From: Ruditapes philippinarum
Lineage: Eukaryota
Length of the DNA: 64,000 nucleotides
Direction: 5' to 3'
Assembly: GCF_026571515.1 (NCBI RefSeq)
Contig: NW_026859995.1
Coordinates: forward strand, 248,001 to 312,000
The notes beneath the pieces are model-generated. The model was not told where the DNA came from. It saw only the letters and a program-made list of their open reading frames with translations, and made no database searches. The position numbers were made by a program, and so were the translations under genes. Below, piece after piece: positions 39,579 through 51,529 of the stretch. The first letter of the stretch is position 1. Each line of letters opens with the position of its first letter.

Positions 39579-40673
39579 CTATGATATGTGCTGCAGTTGA
39601 ATACGGTCCGTTTGTGTTTGCGGTCGACTTGTGGTAAATACTTCACCAAATTTCTGACGGACATCCACTACCAGTTTACTCCATTCATTCTTAAACAAAG
39701 TCCCACTTACGAAATACAAGAAAAAATTACAGGTGAAATTGCTGTAGACAAGCATCAAAATAATGGCAGTTATCAGCTGGTGCTGAGCAAAACACCGTTC
39801 ATCCAGGTTTTTCAAACCACTTTGGACAACCATGTAAGAGCTGTATGGAAATGTCGTTATCAAAAATGCACCACTTAAAAGAAAAAGCATTCTTGTCGGC
39901 GACTTTCTTTGTTGTGGATTTCGTGTGTCAGCACCGCTTATCTCAGGATGAACGCGTCTCAACTTTTTGTTTTGTTGCAGAATAGTAAAAGCGATTGTCA
40001 AGTTTCCAAGAATAATAATGATTATTGGAATTATATTTAGAAAAAAGAGAACGAGAATTCCCCATGTTTCTGAAAAAAATGTTTCATATTCATCGGAGAT
40101 ATATACACACTTAAAAACCTTGTCATACGTTGTTAAGTTTGTTGATATAGGAACTTCCATTTCAACCAGATGGAAGCCAAACATTAAATGACTTGAAAAC
40201 ACGATAATCACTATGAGCAAAGTGGTCGAAGCAAGAACGGCAAACCTTGGTGTCATTTTGTGAGACGAAATAAAGTGAAATCGTGTCAGAAAAACCCGTT
40301 CGAACGTCAACAAAACAAGCAGCCATACGGAAAACCCACCAGAAGCCATTACCAAAAATCTAACACTTTTACACGTAAAATTTGTCATATCTGATAAACG
40401 TATTCCATTGATATTTTCATTTGTATCTAGCACAGTTCCTGTCCACAACACAACAAGGTCGGAGCCCGCCAAAAACAGTAAATAGACGCTCGTAGAGTAT
40501 TTCCGCATTCCTTTTCTTGAAAGTACAACAAAGTTTAATATATTCCCACATGTTCCGACAGTAATCAAGAAGAATGGAACAGTACGCCAAATATAGTACG
40601 CAAGGAAGCATTCCGTGTACGTATTGATATCACAGGTGTCTTGAATGAAATTGTACGGTGTATCGTTCAACAT
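39579..40673 (-). CDS. Intronless class A (rhodopsin-like) GPCR, 364 aa, FMRFamide-receptor/GPR139-142-like expanded lophotrochozoan type (copy 3, intact)
   Basis: Seven hydrophobic segments, with GN in TM1, LAGSD in TM2, Cys at the top of TM3, TFERV at the DRY position, TM5 IIP, TM6 TTFP and TM7 NFTCNFFLY. N-terminal NDT sequon. Confidence 0.93.
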   Translation of the reverse strand: MLNDTPYNFIQDTCDINTYTECFLAYYIWRTVPFFLITVGTCGNILNFVVLSRKGMRKYSTSVYLLFLAGSDLVVLWTGTVLDTNENINGIRLSDMTNFTCKSVRFLVMASGGFSVWLLVLLTFERVFLTRFHFISSHKMTPRFAVLASTTLLIVIIVFSSHLMFGFHLVEMEVPISTNLTTYDKVFKCVYISDEYETFFSETWGILVLFFLNIIPIIIIILGNLTIAFTILQQNKKLRRVHPEISGADTRNPQQRKSPTRMLFLLSGAFLITTFPYSSYMVVQSGLKNLDERCFAQHQLITAIILMLVYSNFTCNFFLYFVSGTLFKNEWSKLVVDVRQKFGEVFTTSRPQTQTDRIQLQHIS

Positions 40674-40727
40674 ACCTAGCTGCTTTCCAAATAGCGACTT
40701 TGCTTTACATCGATATATATAGACAGA

Positions 40728-40785
40728 TTTTATATAATGTAACTAACCCCGTAGGCAGAGCCAGAGAACAGACGCATTTTATTGG
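40728..40785 (-). promoter_or_regulatory. Putative core promoter of GPCR copy 3 (TATA and CCAAT boxes)
   Basis: On the - strand, TATATAAAA at 40728-40736 lies 55-63 nt upstream of the ATG and CCAAT at 40781-40785 lies ~45 nt further upstream. Both are conserved in copy 1 (~18690-18748) within a conserved block. Confidence 0.5.
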
Positions 40786-41306
40786 TCGTTAATGTGTTGC
40801 GATTAAATAGAAAGGCGTGATCGAAGAACTTCTTTATATCATCTTGTATATCGATAACATCTTGTAAATTCTATGTATTTGATATTACGGATCTTTTACA
40901 TTTTAACTATTTCATAAAACAATTTTACAGACATTATGTTCTCAGGACTTACGCAAAACGTTATTTATCAATTGTTGATTTGTTTATCTTCCATTATATC
41001 TTATTTCCCCAAGGAGGTTTTTTTTCCACTTTATTTCATGTATAAACTATTGACTCAAGATATTTAATATTATAGATAAAATAATTTATCAGTCTTTCAT
41101 AATTCACAATCAAATTAACGGCAGGGTTCATTTGTCATATACGTTATCATCAATGTTCAATGCTTAGTTATAAATATAATTATTTTAACAATAATGTTTA
41201 GTTATAATTATTCTTAACATAAATGTAAAAGAAAGAAACACTTGATTTTTAATATTATATTTTAAACACTTTTTAATTAAATTTCTTTATATGACTATGT
41301 ACAATT

Positions 41307-42400
41307 TAACCTTTTACCATAGGAGGATTTTGCAAAAAAAAAAAATGGCTGTTTTCATTGAAAAGCCTTCTGTTACAAGTTCAAACTGCTATGAAACTAT
41401 AAAAAATGTTTCAATACTGATCAAACTTGGCAGGAATGTTGACTAGACCATACCCACTGTAACACCGTGCTCAATTTTAAATTTCCTGTTACCATGGCAA
41501 CGGGGTGACGTATCATAATTGCCAAAATCACTACTTTGCGTTGTCTTTGCCATTAAAAAACTGATTTCAAAGTGCTGCAACTACTCAATGGATTGCGATA
41601 AAGTTTTCAGCTTTAGTTACCTTACGATCGACCTAAGGCCATTTTAATCCCACACAGGTCTTAAGTTTTGTTGACGATAAGGGGGCTACCACCACTTTTA
41701 AACCCCACAAAAAGAAGGGGAAACATCCCCCTCTGGCACGCACTTGATGAACCTTTTTTGGATTGGGGCGGCGCCGAAAACGTGATCACTTTTTTGAACA
41801 ATATCTTTAAACGAAAAACAGTGTTTAGGACCTACATAGGGCATTTTGTTCACTATTTGAGGCCTACAAAGAGGGGATGAAAAGCTTTGAAAACACGCCA
41901 ATATGAGGTAAAAGTTTAATTTATGGATATGAAATGATAAAATATTTCTAAATTCATAGGGAAAAGGGGTTTACAGTGATTGTCATCTAAATTTGCTTTT
42001 TTCATTTTTTGTTTTGTTTTTGTTTCTTTCATGAATGATATATATAAACGGTTATTACAGCCACAAATGTTGATTCTTTCTTTTCTGTTCTATAATGACT
42101 AACTACGTGAAGCAATGTAGAATCTGCTATGTTTATTTATCCTTTAAATAAAAATTAAATGTTTATACCACAAGAAAAATATCGACCTATTTTGCTCATT
42201 TTATGTTTAGGAAAAAAATGTTGGAAATTCTTATATATGTTTCGCTAGATTCAAGCTATTTTGCCATCATTTGTTTTTCTTTATTCCAGAACCCGGTAAA
42301 ACAGAAATATGCCATTTGGTACAGTAACAGTTATATCCTAACCTATTGTTATGCTCTGAAAGCCTTTTGTTTTGTTTTCGGATTTCAACACTAAACCTCC
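41307..42400. mobile_element. Longer relative of the piggyBac-like MITE upstream of the GPCR (internally shorter at ~19240-19560 and ~31840-32165)
   Basis: Begins ttaaccttttac and shares its first ~100 bp with the 63543 element. Interrupted by the LINE at 42401. Right end not resolved. Confidence 0.55.
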
Positions 42401-44250
42401 TTTATTGAGATGGATCCCCAGTTATTGCTAGTCCATTAGCTCATATCATAAACTTATCCCTTATCCAAGGTCAAGTCCCTGATGATCTTAAATCTGCAAG
42501 AGTTGTTCCCCTCTATAAAAAGAACGACAAATTGTATGTTGGTAATTACCGGCCTGTGTCCATTTTAAATGTTGTATCTAAAATCCTTGAAAAGGTGGTT
42601 TATGATCAGGTTGAAGCTTATTTTTAGGATAAAGATCTGCTGTATAAATTTCAATCAGGTTTCAGGAGTGGCTTCTCTACTGATACTTGTCTGATTCACC
42701 TTAAATACTTTATCAGGTATGAAAACGATAAAGGTATGTTTTTGGTATGGTGCTGCTGGATTTGCAGAAAGCGTTTGACACTGTCGACCATTCCTTTTAT
42801 TGAAACTGCAAGCATCAGGTCTTAGTATTGACGTCCTAAATTGGTTCAAATCATATTTATCAGATAGACAGCAGCTTGTGGATGTCTCTGGTACTTATTC
42901 TTCCAATTCCAAAATAATATGTGCTGTTCCTCAGGGCTCAATCCTTGGACCCCTTCTCTTTTTAATTTATGTAAATGATATGTCAGCTGTAGTCAAAAAT
43001 AAATTGCTTTTATATGCTGATGATTCTGGTACTCTTGTATCTAGTAAAAATTTATCTGTTGTTGAAAGGCATTGAAAGGTGATATGTAATTGGTCAGCTA
43101 ATGGTTAGTGAACAATAAGTTGTCATTGCACTTGGGTAAAACCGAGTCAATTTTATTTGGGTCCAGGCAAAAGGTTAGGTCACAATCTAACTTGCATATA
43201 ACCTGTTCTGGTACATCCATTGAATGAGCTTTATCTATCAAGTATTTTGGGATAACTAAAGACCAAAATCTGTCATTTTGCTCCATGGCTAAGTCTGTTC
43301 TTAAGAAGGCCAGGTCTCGGTTAAAATTTCTTTACCGCAAGAAAGAGTTTCTTACTCAGAGCATACCAAGAAACTTCTGGTTATGACTCTTATTCAGTGT
43401 CACTATGATTACGCATGCTCTGTTTGGTATAATAGCTTGACACAGTCTTTAAAAGACAAGTTACAAATTTGTCAAAATAAAATAATGAGATTTGTACTTG
43501 ACTTGGATTCCAGAGCCCATATTGACCCATCCCACTTTAAGTCCCTTAGCTTAGCTGGTTACCGATCCACAGAAGAGTTGAACAGATAATGTTGTGTCAT
43601 GTTTTTAAGATAAAAAAATGGCCTGTCTGCGGATTACATGTCTGAACACTTTATTTCGCAGATTCCGTACATAATCATAGTAAAAGACTTAGTTAAAAGG
43701 GTGGGTATTGTCTACCTAAGGTCAAAGGTCAGAGTTCAAATCCTTTGCTTTCTCTGGAATTAAATTATGGAATGATTGACCTGTAGAGTTAACGGAACAG
43801 GTTACAAAATTTTAAGGTTGCCATCAAAGGTCATCTTATGAACTGAATTTATTTTTTTCACTACTTTTTTACATATTTCGGCTCAGGATTTTAAATTATT
43901 GCTGATTATCTTTTTACACTTTTAGTAATGTGTTCAATCCTAGCTGTGAACAGGAGTGTCATTAAATCAAGATTGGACAGTAATATACATTTTTATGACT
44001 TCATTAGACTAAGTATTTTTAAACATGATTATATTTAGGTCTGCCTCTCTATGTCATGCCGCCAATACAAAGGACCACAATGGAAATAAGAGCTTTTTTA
44101 CCCTTTTTTATGTTATCCTTGGTATTGGTGAGCATGTCATAGCTATCTCGTATGTGATATAGTATTTAATAATGTTCATTATTTCATCCTATGTTATGTT
44201 GTCAACTATGTATATGCTTCCTATGCCGAAAAAAATCTATCTATCTATCT
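42401..44250 (+). mobile_element. 5'-truncated LINE of the L2/Crack/CR1 group (RT fragment, 3' UTR)
   Basis: Motifs NYRPVSIL, FQSGFR, LDLQKAFDTVDH, VPQGSILGPLLF and LYADD, with stops and frameshifts. (TCTA)n tail. The empty site aaacctc...gactcacaac is seen in unit 2 near 32120. Confidence 0.92.
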
Positions 44251-45949
44251 GACTCACAACACCAACGTTCATTTTACTGCCATTAAAGCTGGAAATTCAC
44301 AATATGAAATGTGTATATATGCAATATATATGCAAACATAAGAAGTAAATTGAAAAATGCTAAAAGCTGAACAAATTTCCTTTGAATAACTGATTCAAAT
44401 CATAATTTCACTTATATTTATCTCCATTGGGAGAGCGAAAGGATTGAATTTGTTTTACAAGAGAGCAGATTTAATCTTTCATTTTATATATATTTTCATA
44501 CTTGAACAAAAACGTGTTTGTTTCTATACCTGACTTTACGTATCAGTTGCGTTTTACGATCAATAAAATTAAGTTACTTTGTATTAAATGTTTTATAAAA
44601 ATGATTACATAAATGTCAAATGTATAGAATATCGTTTTTAGTTACATTTTATTACTTTAATATTGGGTAAGATATAACAAAACATTCTGTTTTTGTATCA
44701 AGTTAGAGCTATACTCTAGTTTTTTATGCTTTTTATAATTTCTTTTTAGATAGTGATACACCATTTATTTACACACACTAAGAGTAGGTCAAGACCACGT
44801 GCTAGATCATAGTAGGTGGAGTTTGCTAGCAATGTGCATAGCGACAAAATCTGTGATAGCCAATGGTAGGCTTGACAATGATTTAGGCATCGAGGCTATT
44901 ATTTTAACCTCCCGACTTGGGGCAAGTTTAGGTGACTACCTGTTTTTGAATTACCAAGGTTTTGATAAATAAATGTTTTTTTTTTTATTTTACGGTTCAT
45001 GATTTTAATGAATTTTTGGATCATGCTTGTAAATCAGTTGTTTATCATAATAATTTCCAAAAAAAATCTTTACTGTATTTTCATCGATTACGAGTAGTGT
45101 TTCGATTAAACTGACGCAATATTTGTGGCAAAAGTTGAAAATGTAAGTAGTTAATTTGTTATGACGTTATGGTCCATATATACTGCGGCGAAGTCATGCG
45201 TTATAATTAAGAAGTCTCTAACTTAAGTCTACATCTTCTGACATTGGATTAAAACAGGGAGACTCCAGTTCCCCTCTTATATTTATTTTCTTCGTAAACG
45301 ACATCACAAAACATTAACAGTGATTCATTCTAGTCTATGCTTAACGATGTCGAGAATTACTGCTGTACATGTGATATGAAAATAAATGTTAAGAAAAGGA
45401 AGGTCATGATATATGAAAATGGCAGTACATTCGCAGTTTTCTATATATACGGTCAAAAAGTTCTGGGCACGCACACAGAAACTTATTGCCGACCATGCCT
45501 CGTTTTCGCTGCATAACCATTTCCTACGAATTGAATTGCCTAACTAAAAAAATACTCATTTATCCGATGTGTTAGTTGGATCCGTGCTTAATTTTTGCTC
45601 AGAGATATGGGCAACACATAGAGCCAATGATATGGAAATGATGCACTTAAAATTGTTAAGATACATTCTAGTAGTACGTAAATCAACAAACTTATCGAAG
45701 AATCCTGGATAATTATAAGCAGTCATGGTACCCAGAAATAAAAATTCTCTGCTATTACAAAGCTATATATTTATTTAAGCACACTTTTGAACGCGAGACA
45801 TATATTAATTGTATACAAGATAGAAAATATATGACAACTTAATCAAAACTTGGGATATCTGTACATAAGCTATTTATAGAATCCGGAGGATATACGAATA
45901 CTCCGCAGGAGCAACGGTTATGTAAGTACTGTAACATGAAGAGAGCTGT

Positions 45950-47388
45950 GTAACACCACAAAACGTCCGTATACGTCCGTTTTGCGGCGCATATCGTCCA
46001 CATTTTTCTGACGTACATTTTGTGGCAAAAAGGCATGGTCCTGCGGCAAAACGTCCATATTTTAAAGTTTATATAATTTTCGTTTATTTTGACCAGTTAT
46101 TATCAAGTGTTATTGTGTGTTAATTTTAGCTCACTTGAGTATGCGCCTGTTTGTCTGTCCGTCCAAATATAGCTTGTTACAACTCTAGCATCCACATACC
46201 CTAAGCAATATGCCCAGAGTTATCTACCCTTGAATTACAATATGTGTTATATTTCACATCGTTGTCACTCCAACGCTTTCATTTCTTCTTCAATCTTGAC
46301 AATTTTCAACAGAATATCTATGACCATACAATCTCAACAAAGTTAGATTATAGGCTAAATCTAACAAAAAAAAAAAACACAACAAAAAACAACAACAACA
46401 ACAAACGCACTATATTTCACCTTGTTAGTGCTTTCGTTTCTTCTCCATTTTTATTTTTTTTATATAATTAGATTATGTATAACATAAAGGTTTCGATCAA
46501 GTTCATTTATGTGCTAAAACGACTGAATATGTCAAGATTTATTTGCCTTTGAATAATAAAAATAAAGACATATTTTAAAGTCAAATTATTGAAATGTGAT
46601 AAAACGGACTAGGCGGCTAAAGCCCCTCCCCACATCACAACAATAGCTCTCACACTCAGATAAAATCTCGAACTAAAAGCATCCCCCGCCCCCCCCCCCG
46701 CGCGACAAAAGCTCTCTCAATTATGACAAGGCGACTTAAAGGCCCCATCTCCATCACAATATAGCTCTCTCGCTCGAAGATGACTACGCTGTCAAAAGCC
46801 CCATCCATCTCCCGTGAAAATGAACGGTAGAACCAAACCTCCATAGTCAACAAGAACACAAAAAATCATTCCCACTTCTTGATGCAATTAAATGAAAAGC
46901 TATTGTCAAAAGCAAAACTTAATTTTAATATTTGTTGTCATTCACTCAGTCCAATCCCCGGTTCGTCCGTTCGTATAGCCGTCCTTTTTTGTATGTCTAT
47001 AAGATTACAATTATTTCAATATCATCGTTTTTATATCTCTGCTGCTGCTGTTGCTGCTGCTGCTTGGTTCCATTCCATAAAAAATCTATTCGAAAAACAT
47101 CCTCGGCTTAAGCATATTTCTTTTTTCTTAAATAAAAAAAGTCAGAATTATATAGGATCACAATAATATTGCACTTTAATGTTTATTTCGTCATATCTTT
47201 ACCTGAAACAATATGAAAGTGACAGAACCAATAAAAGTAATGTTTATAATGAATATAATTTAATACAGAAAATATGGACGATATGCGACGCAAAGACACA
47301 CTCTCGCCGCAAAACTTACTAAGTACGATATGCGCCGCAAAACGTCCACACGCGTACGTTTTGCGGTAAGGACGTTTTGTGGTGTTCC
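45950..47388. mobile_element. Non-autonomous TIR element with 8-bp TSD (Merlin- or MULE-like)
   Basis: TSD AGAGCTGT at 45942-45949 and 47389-47396. TIR G(T/G)AACACCACAAAACGTCC, with subterminal inverted ttttgcggcgcatatcgt motifs. Confidence 0.8.
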
Positions 47389-47432
47389 AGAGCTGTAACA
47401 GAGTTTCATTTTTTGAAAGTGTGTGCTAAATA

Positions 47433-48462
47433 CGAGGGCTGTCCGGAAAGTTCGTAGACAAGGCTATAAAATTATTATTAGCAGTCATATTAATATGATG
47501 ATTAAATATTTTGCTTAAGTATTTATTCTGCTACAAATTTCTAAATTAAAAAACTTGATAAAAGTTGTATTCGCAAATCGCCAATCACCATGGCAACATG
47601 ATCAACGAATCACGGAGCACTTTGATTTCATGACAATATCTACTCGAATAAAAAGTTGCTGAAAGTTGTAATTTTAACGCAAACTCTTGTTTTAATGTTG
47701 TGACATCAAAGGGTACTACTGCTTGATATTTAGTGAAAATTACGACGTCATACACAAAGAAACAACTTGTTTACGACGATTATAGGCAATGAAGTTGCCT
47801 TAGTTTTGTGTCGCAAAAATGACGTCAAATTCAAGAACGGAGCAACGTAATGTTATTTAACTTCAAAGCAAGGCTTATAATGATTATAATCTTTACTTGA
47901 AAAACAAAATCAACCATAAATTGTTAAGGGCAACTTGTGTTTAATTGTCAAACACGATTAAGAAGCGGTGATGACAGTATTTTGTATAAGAAACGTATCA
48001 GATTACCAAAAGTAGCATGGCCGAAATGTCGTAGATAATGATTGCGTTACAACAATCCTTGAAAAAGACAGACTTTTCACACACTGTATGGGAACCAGTG
48101 ACACCTTTGTTGTTGTTGTTGTTTTTAATGTAGTATATGAAATTAAGAAAGTAATAGCAAGGGAACATAACATGTATAAAGTATACGTCAGACAGGTTCC
48201 ATGGCTGTTTAAATCAGAAGAATTTGAATAGTGGATAAACATGACATTAAATTGACGCCGTTGACGTTGTCAAAGTGCTCCATGACGATGTATATTAGTT
48301 GTATGTAAATGCTGTAAAAATACAAACGTAAGTCACAATTCAGTAATTTTTCATAAATGTGTTCGCTAGATATGTACATTTTTGCTGACAAAATTTGTAC
48401 AACGTATGTATTGTTATACAATAAAAAATGAAGAAGTATATGAACTTTCCGGACATCCCTCG
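47433..48462. mobile_element. Non-autonomous Tc1/mariner element
   Basis: TA TSD. TIR CGAGGGCTGTCCGGAAAGTTCGTAGAC / GTATATGAACTTTCCGGACATCCCTCG, with mariner-type CGAGGG termini. No transposase ORF. Confidence 0.88.
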
Positions 48463-49139
48463 TATAGAGTTTATAAAAGGATATTTAAAAGGATATATCT
48501 GTAGGTGGCCGACTATTTAAGATACTAAGTATGCTCATGCTTTAGTAAAATATTGTGTGTGTTATGTATTTGCTAGCTACATCCATTGCGGACAATCAGT
48601 CTATTTTATTTCAAACAGAAAAAAGATATATGAACTGGTAAACATGTTTTACACTTGATATTGCTTTAATCAAAACGTTGTAAAATATAAATTTGTTGAT
48701 TTAATTTTAATTAAGTTGATCTCAGTTACCTCTCTTGCAGTCCTATGTATAGTTAGGAAGTCTATGAATTTAGATAGAAAAAGCAAGTAGTATATCGACG
48801 GTGTTGATATTGTGTATCATCTGAGTAACCGAGTACTCGATCGGAAAAATGATCGAGTAATCGAGTATTGAATTTGGTATTCCTTGCCATCCCTATAAAA
48901 AAAGTTAAACATATTCCTGAAACAAAAATTGTTATGCTTGTTAAAGTATAATATCGTAGCAGCCGTATGCGCAAATTAATTTCTTTTAATTTAATTTAGA
49001 AAAAAACTGTTTTGGTTCGTTTACTTACTGTGCTATTCGTTTTGACAATAGCGTCACACAGATTCGGCGCTACTTTTATGTTATTTGCACATTCTTGCGT
49101 TACCGGTTTGGCGGGGCGTTAATACGAAGCTGATTGTAA

Positions 49140-49395
49140 TCTGATCGTGGAGAGCTATTCTTATCACCAGGCGTCGGTGTGGGCTTCACACTTTGGTTTA
49201 TGTTGGTGTCTCCAGGACTACTGACAGCAATCACGCGCTTATTTGAGATCATAATAGGTGGTCACTATCAAAAGCCCGTTACTCTAATGTAGGTGTTGAC
49301 CGAACTATAGCCCTTTTTGACCTTAAAAAGGTTTACATTATTCAGGTTCTTGTTTTACTATCCAGCACTGAGAATAGTCTAGCGCACTGGCTCAA
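49140..49395 (+). mobile_element. Possible Helentron/HINE-type fragment (similar fragments ~37895-38110 and ~46125-46360)
   Basis: Motifs gctatt..atcacc..gcgtcggt here, and ctgtccgtc microsatellites, ttttagctcac and gcttgtt ends in the other fragments. Assignment from memory of mollusc repeats. Confidence 0.4.
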
Positions 49396-51529
49396 AAATC
49401 ATATAAATAAACTGCAGTTTTCGAAAGAAATATGAGAGAATTAAAGTTAATCATCGCGATAAAGTTCACATTTTGAATTTTACGAGGATTACATGTTACA
49501 TGTTTAAGCATGCGACAAATTCAACATTGAATGGCGCCAAACGTTTCTTACGGGAATATGAAATCTTGCTTTTTATCTATAAAAGTACAGGAGGGCGGAT
49601 AAGGTATTGCGTGTCAGTAGGTGATCTTTAAGTGGTCAGAAGACGACATCGTATATTATAAACAGCTATTTCAAAGTGTCTTCTAACGAACGTAGGAAGA
49701 CAGTTTGAATAGCTCTACTTGGAGTATAGTCGTATAAATAGAATAACAAAAAATGTCAAACAATCTAAAGGCTTATAAAAGAAATCACTTGATCCAACAT
49801 CCTTAACCTGCTAAATGTGCGTATTGAATCTGCCCTGGTATGAATTTGAACGCATCTATTTAACACTTACGGGATTCTTTTATCAAAAAACAGCCGGCTG
49901 GTCAGAATGCACGATATCGGAGGCTAGCTCGGATTTATACTGGTAATAAAGCCTTCTTATTTACAATTCAAGCAGGCAAATGGTGAATCTATCTTCATTG
50001 AATAAAAATAATTCGTACAGAACGTTGTTTATTTGATTAAGTTTCCTGAATAAAATAGGTTTATACTACAGTATACTCAATTAAATTGGCATTAATATGT
50101 TAGAAATGGTGAATGAATATAATTATCTAGGAGTCATTAAATGCACGCGGCGTATATTAGATATGCATTCGTCTATTCAGCAAATTGGAAAATTTTAGTC
50201 TTGCCTTTGTGTATTTTTGTGTAACAAAATCACACTGTTTTCTAATAAAAATAGCTTTTCTGATGTATAATATGTCACCGAGCTTTAAGGAATTTAAATA
50301 AATGTTTAACTGAAGTGACATTGCCATGTTTGAATATCATATTCTTTTTATCAATATATAATTTTATTTACCTAATAAATAAAGTGTCTATGAGTCAGTC
50401 TATATTCTAACGACGACGGGAACAAAATTCGGACAGGGAACAAGTGGTATGACTAAAATACGCAAGGGAGATATTTCGCACTACGGGCGTAACGGAAATA
50501 GTTTTTGCAAACAGGCAAAACGTGTGCGTATCCATGAAAATAGTTAACCTTTAAGTTATATAACCGATTAACTGAGTGAAAATAGTACTTTTATTTTTAA
50601 ATGAACAGGACTGTCATTGCACCTTTTCACGTCTTCTCGAATTTTTTAATGTCTGAAAATCCTGCTTTGATACTAGACAATTTTGTATGTACAGTTTTCG
50701 CACGGTCTAAACACGTTCACACTTTCGACCCGCATAACACATCCCTTGTAATACATCAGAAATAAAACAGAAACTTCCGTAGGATATCCGTTTTTAAACA
50801 GTTTTTTTGCGCTGTTTGCTTTCAGAAATATGCTGAGCACCTATAATTACTTAGAAGCTCATGCCTTATTGTATCTTTTAAAAATATGTTCATATTGTAC
50901 GAGTATGTTGTAATTCATGTTACTATAATAAACAATGTATCTATTTATATAACAAAATAAATACTCCATTTTCTTACAACTAATTTTGGGTACAAATCAT
51001 GAATAGCTTTTCTTTTGTCTACATGCTTTTTGATTTTTTCTGAAGGAAATTTATGCATTTTATGTTTAGTACTGATATCTTTTATCGTTGAGATTATGAG
51101 ATTAAGATTTAAACCGTTGAATGGTATTAAATGAAACGCTCCATTGATCCCGATTTATTTTAATAACAAACATGAAACTGGAATCCCGTTGATTTATTTT
51201 TAGAGTTGCTTTAAGAGTTACTAATAAATTTAATATCGAGGGTAGTTAAATAAGTTAATAGAGAAATTATCTCTAATGTTCCATTAGTATTTCAAATATT
51301 GAAGAACACAATAAAAATATCAGATAAATCAGGCAATAATAGTACATTGTATTACAGACTTTCCACTTTGAACAGCAATATATATTCACAAGCAACATAT
51401 CAGGATGTATATTTTTATTGTGTTCTTGTATCGCTAAAACGGTGTTAAGTAATAACTCTTTGTATTGTTATTGGGTGTCATGTAATGGAACAGTCAGGCC
51501 TGACATTTTTAATTTAAGAACAAAAGATA

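Larger units (their letters stand above)
33328..48850. repeat. Segmental duplication unit 3 (GPCR cassette)
   Basis: Collinear with 13139-22330 plus unit-specific transposon insertions. Boundaries approximate. Confidence 0.85.

Noticed and set aside
29789-40191. + strand ORFs overlapping the GPCRs (29789, 30037, 30101, 39588, 39967; also 17865)
   Set aside because: They are antisense shadows of the GPCR coding sequence with no independent protein features.
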